A stretch of DNA of 63,426 nt, counting the filler, from Dugesia japonica (Eukaryota), in NCBI GenBank assembly GCA_001938525.1. It is 6 parts of 6 records of this genome, joined end to end, with 100 filler letters (N's around TTAATTAATTAA, not from the genome) between each part and the next. Parts side by side here need not be neighbours in the genome. Positions count along the whole stretch, not along the records: positions 44,782 to 55,148 come from MQRL01238660.1; positions 55,249 to 63,426 come from MQRL01643922.1; 4 more parts are not named here. One strand, given 5' to 3'. The first letter of the stretch is position 1. Each line of letters begins with the position of its first letter. The notes beneath the pieces are model-generated. The model was not told where the DNA came from. It made no database searches and saw only the letters and a list, made by a program, of their open reading frames with translations. Shown one piece after another: positions 52,700 to 63,426 of the stretch. Made by a program: the position numbers and the translations under genes.

Positions 52700-53430
52700 T
52701 TCTTCCTCTTTAACATATTTTTTGATCTTCTCTACGTTTTTTCGAGACTTTTTCCATTTGTATCTTACATGATATAACGTCTGTCGTGAAAATTTCACTG
52801 AGATGCTAGGTCTTCCTGACATCTTAAAATACGAACTTTATACGTTATGTTTCTTCTCACATATTCCTATCACTTATGCTTTGTTTACTTCGCCTCATTG
52901 AAGCTTCCAGTTTTCTGGAATCTATAAACCTTTCTCCCACTTTACTCATCTCATTTCATTTCTAGGTCTCCTGAGGATAATCAAACAGTATCCTGTTTAA
53001 TGAATGGCTCCGACCAAATCCTCTACTGATGGAACCCTAATTTTGGTTATTCTCTTGTTGGATCTACATCTTCTACTAAGTTTCCATAAAATATCTTTTC
53101 ACTCTCAGCATTGTTTTTCTCTCGAATTGCATGGATTTATTTGGTACAACTCCAATCTTGTGTTTGTTGTCCGCTTTTAAAATTGTATCTTCTATTTTTT
53201 AGTCTTGGCCTGTCAATTTTCGAATAACATTCTTCCGCTCTGTGACCTGGTCTTTTACATCTACCGCATACAGGTTCTGTGCACATCGTTCTGATGTGAC
53301 CAATATTACCACACCCAAAATATTTTGTTAACTTCTTGTCTGGACAATTTCTACTTAAATACCTTTTCTTGTGGCAAGTCCAACATTCCACTTGTGAATT
53401 TTTTGGACACATTTTTTGTGTGCCCGTAAC
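52700..53430 (-). mobile_element. Gypsy gag remnant with three zinc knuckles
   Basis: CWTCHKKRYLSRNC, (Y)FGCGNIGHIRTMC and CGRCKRPGHRAEEC. The downstream block matches 21960-22030. Confidence 0.8.
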
Positions 53431-53444
53431 TCTGGAATAAACTT

Positions 53445-53543
53445 AATTTTAATTTAATATTAACATTTAATTTCGTATATATTTCAATATAAATTTTCTT
53501 GGTTTTTAATTTTTCTAAAAATCCGCTTTTTTATTGGATGTAG
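53445..53543 (+). mobile_element. Solo right end of the DD39D-like mariner family
   Basis: AAATTTTCTTGGTTTTT...AAAATCC...GGATGTAGTA matches 16945-17038. Confidence 0.65.
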
Positions 53544-54669
53544 TATTAATTTTTCTACTCTAAGATAATTTGTCTANNNNNNNNNNNNNNNNNNNNNNNN
53601 NNNNNNNNNNNNNNNNNNNNNNNNNNNNNNNNNNNNNNNNNNNNNNNNNNNNNNNNNNNNNNNNNNNNNNNNNNNNNNNNNNNNNNNNNNNNNNCAAAAG
53701 ACAAGACATTGTAGAGAGTAGTTTGGCATATACTTTATGAAGTCACAGTAGATAGCTACTATGCAGTATTATTGCGGACGTTTTCAAGTTCACTGTTCTT
53801 ATGTAGTCGGATCTCTTCTAGTCACATTAATAGAAATTTTGCTGCTCATTCACTACAGAAACTGTTAGATTGATTTTTTTTTAAAAATCTTCAATGACAC
53901 ATGATTGTTATATGGGTATATAATGGCTTCATTGTGACTTAAACCATTTTGTTAAGATATTTTATTTTTATCTTATATTTGTTTGCTTAGTTCATTAGAA
54001 ATCATTGCAAAATTCTGAAATGATACGATAATCAGTGATACAATGATACGCATTAAAGATTAAACAGAAACCTATTAAATTCGTCTTTCAGTGAACAAAT
54101 GTTTTATGAAGCTTCTTAATTTCTCGATAATAATCACATTCCTAATTCTTTTCGTTGATCTATGTTTTACGATAAAGAAAATAATTGAGTCTAATTGTAA
54201 AATGAATTAATTGTACACGTCTTACAAATAATCGTAAAATCAATCAATAAATTCTCTGTCCATTTATTAACCAGAAAAATTATGATCGATATCAAATAAT
54301 ATTAAAGTTCAAAGTTGACAACAAAATTATCAATACGATCTACTAACGTTTTTATGAAACCATTGAATGCTAATTTGTACTTTCATTTAATCAAACTTCA
54401 TTGAATTTGTGACAACTTTAATAAACTGTTTTGAATGAAACTTTAAAATTAATTATTGTTGTCAGTTGTTGATTTTTTTTAATTTATCGTAATTAATATA
54501 GTTTTAAAATTTTCGAAATCTATTGTAAAACCTATTCAGTCAAGTCTTTCAAACATTCACTCTCTTTCCTATTACATCGCGAGCAAATACAAGAAAACAG
54601 GTGACTCGATTTACTTTTAATGACTGGCTTATATTGTTTTTAATTGGTAGAAATGGTCACAAGTAATAT

Positions 54670-55148
54670 AAGTACATGGATAGTGACGGAGAACCTCAGC
54701 ACACGTTCAATAGCCCCCCCTCGACGTAATCGGATTATTACGTAAGTGAGGCTATATTTTTCCAATGTAAATAGGTGGTGGCACACGTTTGTCTATTTTT
54801 TCCTGTGTATTTAGTTGGCAAAATTATTTGCACACAAATTATGTCATGAGATTAATTTCATCGGTGAAATTTNACGTAATAGGATTAAGAGAGGCTACTT
54901 TTTCCTGGGGTTTTAGTTGGGAAAATCTTTTAGGCTTTTTTAACCATCAATATTTTTTCAGACTTTTTAGGTGGGGAAAATTTTTTATGGGAATTTTTTA
55001 TAGGAATTTGGGCAAATCGTTCATGTTGTTTAAATAATATGAAAATTTATAACTTTTTAAATCAATTTTTTATTGGAATCCAGAGCATCAAAAATTTTAA
55101 AAATAATTTTTTCAATTTTTACAACATATAGTTATTTTTATATAATTC
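54670..55148 (-). repeat. Polinton terminal repeat copy
   Basis: 54810-55110 is a close reverse complement of ~40575-40880. Confidence 0.75.
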
Positions 55149-55248
55149 NNNNNNNNNNNNNNNNNNNNNNNNNNNNNNNNNNNNNNNNNNNNTTAATTAA
55201 TTAANNNNNNNNNNNNNNNNNNNNNNNNNNNNNNNNNNNNNNNNNNNN

Positions 55249-55700
55249 GCTGTTCAAAACAGTAAACGTATCAATGCTTATTTTGTTTTTTCTATTTTTG
55301 CAGCAACATGCATGATCTAAAACCGAACCTTCCCTACTCAATTCTATATGCTCGCTAACACGTGTACAAAGATGACGTTCTGTCTCTCCAATGTTCGTAG
55401 CATCACATCTGTTACAATTAAATTGATAAACTAGGTTAGCGAGTAAAGCTTTTAGTGTAGTAGATTTGATGCTTAAATAACTTGAGGTTTCCTTTGAAGT
55501 GAAAATGAATCTAAATTTATTATAATCAAAATATTTCATGAGAGAGCATTTTAATGATTTAGACCCTTCCGAGAATGGTAGTTTTATAGTTATTTTTTCT
55601 TCATTAATTTTAATGTTTTCTTCTTGGTCATTACTTGATGTTGAGCTCAGTTGGTTTAAAGTTCTCTTTATATTATTATAAATCATTTTTGATTATATCC
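55249..55700 (-). mobile_element. Penelope-like element GIY-YIG endonuclease region
   Basis: IKLPF...NLVYQFNCNRCDATNIGETERHLCTRVSEH...SVLDH. Confidence 0.85.
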
Positions 55701-55904
55701 ATTAGCTCGAAGACTACTATTCTTCTCTCTATGCTTCTCTATACCAATATATTTTGTTGAATTTTGATTTCAATAATTTTGATTTCAATAATTTAACACA
55801 AATAAAGTTTTTTCACTAGCACCTAGAACGACTATTTGATAAACAGCGTCATTTCTTAATTCTATTATTGTTTATTTTAATGTATCAATTTAATTATTTT
55901 ATAA

Positions 55905-56062
55905 TTACAATTATTGTGAGAAAAATTGTTGAACTTAACCATTAATCGCATTGGAGATTTCATTAAAATAAGAAAAAGCTTCGATCAAAATAAAATTTAT
56001 TAGTAAAAAAGTTTAAATAAATTTTATTTTGATCGAGGCTTTTTCTTATTTTAATGAAATTT
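55905..56062 (+). repeat. Double-hairpin dispersed repeat, copy C
   Basis: CAATTATTGTGAGAAAAATTG, TAACCATTAATCG, then palindrome 55957-56060 starting ATTTCATTAAAATAAGAAAAAGCTTCGATC. Confidence 0.75.
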
Positions 56063-56577
56063 AATTATTGTTTATGTATATGTATATATTCACATTTCAA
56101 AATCTAATCATCTGTGTAAATGTGTTTTCATCTGAAAAAGTTATCTTTTTAAGAAACAAAGAAAGAAAATAAGATTATCAGCCTCAAGTTGATGCTGTGA
56201 TATCTGATTTGAAAATTTTAATTGAGAGAAACTAAATCAATACACAAGATATGCACAATACAAAGAGAACAAAGAAGATGACTCATACATATGTCAAAAA
56301 TGTATAAACAAAATGCTGATAAAACAAATTATTAAAAATAAGTTACACTTTTGAATGCAAAGATAAGAATATTGAGAACAGTGGGGATGAATATTCTGAG
56401 TATGACGAATGCATTATATATACAATACCAAAACAAGGTGAATATCATGTGAAATGCACATTTTGCATGAAATCAACAGAAAAAAAGATTTGTTTATTTA
56501 TTAACATTAATCAATTAATTCATTTGTTTTTAGAAATTGATAAAGATATTTTAGAAGAAGAATTCTGTCATTTAAGA

Positions 56578-57368
56578 CAGTGGCCTTCAACCTTTTTTAA
56601 CCTAACGCCCACTTTCTCTTTATTTTCATCTATAAATAAGTCTACCGCCCACCTAAAATTTTCAAAACTAATTAGAATGCCATATGACTGATACAACAGT
56701 GTTAGAGATTTCAAAGTAAACGAGAATTTGCGCTGGGGGTTTGGAAGTCAAAGACTTAATGACTTAACAAATCCATATAAGAAATAATCCAATAAATACT
56801 GCCAACAACGCTTCTTCGTTGATGGCATGTCTTAGTTAAATCCTGACGATAATCAAACACAAATTATTGTATTTGTAAAGTATTTAACTCGACAAGCAAG
56901 CATTATTCCTACCCGCACTGTGCTGTTGATACACATATTACAGATACAAGCAAAAGACAAGCTGTGCAAACTTTAAAATAGCAGTTGCACTGTCTGTACT
57001 TTTTAAGAAAATGTAACGCTGAACTGTATGTTGTCTCAAACTGCTGAGTGTGTGTTACCTACGTTATTAGTAACAAAACCTTTACAAGTGAGTGTGCATA
57101 TACATGTAGCATATGTTATTTANAGTTGGGTACAGATACTAGAACAATGCAACTAAGTTGATTGATTGTTGGGTTTGGTGAATGATGCTTTGTTTATGTA
57201 AGTGAGTGTTTGTATGCAAGGACATATACTATTTACTAGTTACAGCTGGGCAAAGGCTGCATATAAATTGTCAAAACGGTAATGCTCACATATACATAGA
57301 GCGCCTTCCTAACTTAATATTTTCTAACGCCCACCAGTAGGCGATATCCCCCAGGTTGAAGGTCCATA
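56578..57368. mobile_element. 791-bp non-autonomous hAT element
   Basis: Termini CAGTGGCCTTCAACC / GGTTGAAGGTCCATA with perfect 8-bp TSD ATTTAAGA. Confidence 0.85.
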
Positions 57369-58517
57369 ATTTAAGAGGTGATTCAGTATACTAGGCTCCT
57401 GAAATATATTGGCATCGCGTTAAAATATATACAGGAGTAGATATTGAAGAAACCATCAAAATCTACTTTAACGAAACAATCAGTTGTCTATATTCTTGCA
57501 AATGTTTTCAATTAACAAAGCTTACAGAAATTATAAAACTATTAAAAATTATAAAATTATTAAATAAATTTTAGCTAATAAATCTTGTTTTTCCTTGTGT
57601 TTGTACTATTATTTTTTTTATATAAAATTATAAGACAACAGTAATAAAATACATTAGGAATAACTAAAAGACATGTTCAAATTAGAATATTAATTAACAT
57701 AACAAATCTAATATATCTTTGGCATACTTTTAACTTTCCATATATGACCCGGGAGATATTGACATTAACATTAATATTACACGGGGAGAGTCTAATGTTA
57801 ATATTAATATTATCCAGGGAACAACTATGTTGATGGTGTTAGGGAGCGTCTACTGTTGCATGGAAGAAAATTTGTTTAATTACCTACAAATTTAAAGATT
57901 TTGGTTAATTTAAATAAAAAATTTAATTTCCGATTATTACGCAATAATTAGTAAATTGACACTAATTAGTAAAATAACACGATAAAAATAAATATATTTG
58001 AAATAGTAAAACCAAAATAAATTATAATTAAAATTTAAACAATTAAAATTTTCCGGAAATTAAAAAAGTTTCCCGGCAAATATTTTCAGGCGAAAATTAA
58101 ATGAAAATAAATAAAATAAATTCATTAAAAAAATATTGAACTAGACAAACAAAAAGAACGAGCAAAAGTTGCATAGTCAAATCGTTCCCGCTAAATACAT
58201 GAAATATTCATATTCATATGTAATCAAATGCACACCTATTATTATCCCACGTAAAACTATCATACCACTAAAAATTATTTTTCCCGGGGAAGGTGCTCTG
58301 GACAGTACGGTAGTTTCTTCCTGCGTAAAAATTTTATAGTTCGCAAATTTCTTTAATCCGCTACTATTTTTAGTAAAAAATTAAAAAAATTATGTAATAC
58401 TAATTATGTTATTCTTCAAAAAAAAATTTTAATATTTAAAATATTATTTATATTTAAATTTATTATAAAGCTCATTATTTTTTTAATAATTTAATTTTAC
58501 TTTATTAAAATTTTAGA

Positions 58518-58882
58518 ATGATGAATAAAAGAAAACATGTCGAATTTACAAAAAATGAAAAAATTGAAATTTTAAGATACTGCAATATTCGTTCAATTTC
58601 CGATAATAGAGTTGCCAGTATCTTATCAGAAAAATTTCATAAAGCCCTCTCAAGAAGATCAACTAATGATATAAGAAAGAAGAAAGACGAATTGTTAGGA
58701 AATGTGAATTCAGAAATTATTAGTAGATGTAGAACAAAATTTAAAAATATTGATACTTTTCTGCAATTGTAAGAAATAATTTATTAGTTAAAAAAGCACT
58801 AAAGTTTGCTAAAGCAGAAAGGATTGTAGATTTTAAAGCATCAAAAGAATGGCTAACTAAATTTAAAGCAAGGTATGGTTAA
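58518..58882 (+). mobile_element. Tigger/pogo transposase N-terminal remnant (psq HTH and CENP-B-type HTH)
   Basis: KRKHVEFTKNEKIEIL...STNDIRKKK and KALKFAK...DFKASKEWLTKFKARYG. Confidence 0.75.
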
Positions 58883-58959
58883 AAACTCTAATGATGTTAG
58901 TACATAGTGACTGATGTTATGGCATAACCAACATTCGACAATTCGTTTTTCCTACCTCT

Positions 58960-59560
58960 GATCTGCATGTCTACAGTACAGTACAGATTTCTTATAATTT
59001 TGACTTGCAACTCTGGCGTAAGTTCTAACTGCATAAACTTGATCTCTTCTTTTCTATATTAAATCTATTAACATCACTGCTTCTTCAATATCTACTATAT
59101 TTTGTCTTTCCCAAAAAGTCACTTCTTCAACTTTTTTGTTATCTGAACCAGAATCTTTGCTACTATTTTTGTTCTGTAAAATCTTTCTTTGTAAATAATC
59201 TTTTCACTAAATCCTTTACATTTTTAAAATAAACTTGAATCGCTTCCTTTCCAAGTCTGTAGGTAATCAAATTTTAAAAATCTTTGATAACATCTTCCTC
59301 TTTCTCCAATGCCAAACATAAACGAGCCTGAAACCCTTAAACCCTTTCAACGTCTTTGCATATTCTTCAAACATATCATCATTTAACAAGCAAGAGACTA
59401 AACTTACTTGATGTTTATTCTGTGTAGTCTTTAGCATTAAAACACAATTCACAACGTTTTATGAAATTTTCAATATCATCTCCTTTACAGAATACATTTA
59501 CCTGTCTATAATAGAATCGGTATTTACCGCTGCTACAATTCTTAGGTTATTAATTCTACA
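58960..59560 (-). mobile_element. Gypsy PBS/gag remnant (same family as 20967)
   Basis: Minus strand TGTAGCAGCGGTAAATACC...GDDIENFIKRCELCF parallels 20967-21075. Confidence 0.65.
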
Positions 59561-60331
59561 TCAATTGATAATTTATTTTTAAAATCAGAACTATTACTTT
59601 TAGACATTTTTATTTCACTATTAACTAAGATATCTAGTTAGATAAATATATGGTAAATAGAACTAAATCCATATTAATATTCATTTTAATCGCTTTCTAT
59701 TGGTTATTATTAATTATTTCTTATAATGTTAATATTTTTATTAATTAATTTCTTATAAATCCAGCTGTTATTAAATTGATTACAATAGTTATCAAATTAA
59801 TGCAACGAGTATTAAATAAATCGTAAAAACCTACAAGTAAAAATAATTAACGCAAGAGAAAATTAAATTAATTTATCTTAAATAACTTTTAATAAAAAAC
59901 TCATTTCCTCGAAAGATTGTAATTTTTAAACCAACTTAAGAAAAGCATATAGTGAAATTATACAAAAATAAAAACTCGTTTAGAAATACAAACTGGATGA
60001 TTTCTTTTTATCAAAATAATGTCAGAAAATATACATTGTAATACTAAAACAATAATTTTTAAGGTCAATAATTTCATTTATTGATAATTTCGATATTGAT
60101 TTCAATAGAATAATTCTCATGCTCATTAAAATCATTAGTTAGTTCAAACTAAATAATTAAATTTATTGATTTTGTATACACAATGAAAGAAGCATTGTTC
60201 CATAACTTTTGCATATGGGATTGAAATTAATTTGTATAAAAAACATTCGATAGAAATTCCAGAATAGAGTGACTAGAGGTTTTTCGTTGGAAGACAAATT
60301 TATATAGATATCCTCTAATCAAAAATTCTAA

Positions 60332-60534
60332 TTATCTGGTGGACGAATTAATCAAACGACTTTGCGGTTCTGGTTCTAAATATCCATCATCATCTATACT
60401 ATTTGAAAAATGAGGATTTCCATCATCCATAGAGATATAATGTTTGGGTTGCTTAAATGCGTTGGAATTCTTATTTGGTTTGCTTATGAGTGATTCTCTA
60501 GGTGTGTTAGCCGAAGAAGGCACGACGTATTCAT
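60332..60534 (-). CDS. Terminal exon with tyrosine docking-like motifs (RTK/EGFR-like C-tail?)
   Basis: Acceptor TTTTCAG at 60535. Reads DEYVVPSS...HYISMDDG...DDDGYLEP...STR*. Higher GC than flanks and no disablements. Confidence 0.55.
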
Positions 60535-62139
60535 CTGAAAATAAAATTAATATCAAATTATTAAAATTACATTTCTTTGATTAATTTTTAATAGTTGAAA
60601 TTTAATGGCTTATTAAATAATCACACACAGACATACACAATCGTCACTGTTTACTAATTTTTTTGCCCAAAATTTCTGATAACTTTACTATCATATGTTA
60701 ATAACATTTGATGATACAAAATATTACAATATATTTTCATCATGAATCAATATTTGAACTAGGTTTATCTAGAACTTATTCTAACAATCTTGACAAAAGC
60801 ATATTATTAAGTTTATTCTACTAAAAGTAATATTGATGATTATAAATACTTAATTGTTTATCCCAAATCAACAATACGTGATTTGCAATAAAAAATAAAT
60901 AAATAATTTATTTGAATTTGGCAAAATTTCATTTGTTACGAAAAAATACATATTTGATGCATAATGTAATGTTTGCTGTTAAACGAGTTAAGCAATAGTA
61001 TTTGCAAAATTAAAAAAAAATACTTAATATAATTTTAATAATCGAGTAAAGCGTAATTTATGAATCAAATCTTGTTTATGACATTTATATTGAAACAATA
61101 TTAGATATACATTTATCAATTAACGTACATAATCATAACACTGATCTACTGTCTTTTACATAATTAAAGAGTGATTAATAAAATTACCAATGATATTAAT
61201 GAAATTATTATTACAACTCCAAATATATAGCTTATATACATTTTTAAATACTATTCATATGATTCTAAATGAGAGTCTAATAATATTATACATATCATTT
61301 AAAGAATGACAAATTTAAGAATAGAACAAGTAAACATTTCATCTTAATTATAATTAAAACGCAAATTTCAAACGAATATTTTGATTATGGAATTAAGAAT
61401 GAAATTTCAAGTTCTAGAATTAATGTTTGCATTAAGATGTGCAAAATTATACCAGGAAAAAAATAACGTATTTTATAATACTTTATTAGTATTTATATTT
61501 TAAAAGGACAATCCGAAAATAGCAAAAAATAATTAATATTTTTTGGTAAAAATAAAATTAGAGCATTTTCTAGCATTTTATTATAAAAAATATAATATTT
61601 TAAAATTTTATATAATTTTGACATGGTATAATATAATTTCGGTAAATATACACTAAAACATGATAACAATTATCATCAAATTTAAATTAAAACAATTATT
61701 TTAGAATTTAAACAATTAATATAAAAAAATTATTTTTGTAAAATAAATTAATAACATTTTCTAGTATTTTGGGTAGTGCTAATAATTTCCTGATTTATTA
61801 ACGTCGAAAGTTATAATAATTAATATATGCATGTATAAGAATTCAAGAAATAATTATCAATTTGTATCGTTCCTAAATTTTTGCCTTTTCTTTTATACTC
61901 GATTTTAGAGACCTTTCAGGTTATTTTTTGTAAGATTTTATACAGATAGTATCAATAACAATAAGTAAATACTGAGAGCACTGCATCAACCCCGCCACGT
62001 AAAAAGTAAGAGTTGCGGTAAAATATTTTTATATTTTTGTAATGGAAAATTTTTTAAAATTTTTTTGGCGGGAATATTTTTAAAATTACATCGATAAAAT
62101 TTTTAGAAAATATTTTATTTTTATTTATATATTAAATTT

Positions 62140-63426
62140 ATTAGGAAACACAAATAAATCACAACCCACATGATTTATATAAAAAATATAAAGACTTAGT
62201 TGCTAAACTAAGCAAGAGCTCATTACATCCGTGGCAGAAAATAGACGCATACAAAGCCTTTGTGCATAGTAAGCTATTCTTCTTCTTTAGAATTTACAAA
62301 ATGGCTATTGCATACTTGAACAGCTCACGAGCAGATTCCCTAAGCAAAGATAAACGCATAGGTTTAGAATTCACTATTAGCATTTCAGATCATGGATAGG
62401 ATTATCAGCTTAAGTTACAATACACCGTACTTCTGTGTTTCTATTGAGTGTGGTGGTCTCGGTTTGATCGAACTACTAGACGAATATTTAGTCCAATTCA
62501 TTATTGCCTTCCATAATATTATTAAATGCAGACACACAGATCTAAAAGAACTAGCGAAAGGCGAACTCAGAGCCATCACTGGTTGCGACAATTATGAAAC
62601 AACATTAGAAAAATTGGAAGAATTTAAAAAGAATGGGAAAACAACTAGTGTTACAAGGTGGCTAAAGGTATTCACTTAGGAAAAATAACAGCATCAAATT
62701 ATTCTTTAAAATTGAAGAAAATGAAAACCTTAATTCCACAATTAGACACGAAAAATAATTTCAAATGTTCACCATTAATTCAAACAAAATATGTCCATAA
62801 CTTCACAAACTGTTAAAGATTGGTTACTATGAAAAATGTAAGATATTAAAAAGTCAAGGATTGTTGACAGAAAACATCTTGGTTAACAGCAGATTTAATA
62901 AAATCAAATTATACGTAATGAATTATTACAAGCTGATGAATGGTATTTTATTTATAAACTAAAAACATACGAGTTCTCAACTAAAATGAAGTGTTACAGA
63001 GCAGAACAAAGATGTAGAGCTTGTGAAAAAAAAGACAACAAGTCATGCTAATTGTTTATGCTCTAAAATTATGAAATTGGTTATCAAAATGCATGACAAA
63101 ATTCTTAATATATTACATGACACTATACTCAAGAAAGATAATGAAAGGAAAACCATTAGAGAAGACATTCAAGCCTATCGTGATCAAAACCTCTTCGCTA
63201 ATTTACAAGTGATGAATCCATTCAGAAAAAAATATGTGTTAATTGATGTCGAAAGCTCATTATAGACTGCACTGAGCTTTAGGTGAGCTGACTATCAAAA
63301 TCGAATGAAATACAGCAAAATTCTAGTAGAAACAGTAAAGGTTCTTAGACCAACCTGATAATACTCTTTGAACACATTCATTGTTGTTAGCGCAGGATCC
63401 TGGTTACAAGAAAGCAGAACACCTCT
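62140..63426 (+). mobile_element. Non-LTR retrotransposon remnant, RLE type (NeSL/Utopia-like)
   Basis: KLSKSSLHPWQKIDAYKAF, CGGLGLIEL, DEWYFIYK, CRAC...HANCLC, MHDKIL, LIDV and TFIVVSAGSW. Confidence 0.8.

Noticed and set aside
1-63426. Alternative genetic code (stop read-through)
   Set aside because: Host genes splice into clean standard-code frames. Stops and frameshifts are confined to decayed elements.

Overview
Very AT-rich animal genomic DNA with tiny GT-AG introns (43-59 nt in the one complete gene). It looks like a compact-genome protostome/spiralian; an orthonectid such as Intoshia is only a guess. Five identical 100-nt spacers (N44-TTAATTAATTAA-N44) join six contigs, so synteny across them is unproven. 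Host genes: a complete 12-exon long-type cytoplasmic intermediate-filament gene (46417-49280, minus) with Gly-rich head and tail; the 5' part of a CHD6-9/Kismet remodeller (28486-35442, minus); two P4-ATPase-like exons (18018-19023, minus); the first two exons of a secreted/membrane protein resembling the SID-1/SIDT N-terminus (7040-7374, plus); and a terminal exon resembling a receptor tyrosine kinase tail (60332-60534, minus). The rest is a dense, decayed and diverse set of mobile elements: pogo/Tigger, DD34D mariner, a plant-type DD39D-like mariner with a Stowaway-like end, Tc1/Tc3, several hATs and hAT MITEs with 8-bp TSDs, a piggyBac-like MITE, MULE traces, Ty3/Gypsy, NeSL/R2-like non-LTR elements, Penelope elements with hammerhead-ribozyme motifs, and a Polinton DNA polymerase B with dispersed copies of its terminal repeat. 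There is also a higher-order minisatellite and an unclassified double-hairpin repeat family. All family assignments come from reading motifs by eye; no database search was run.
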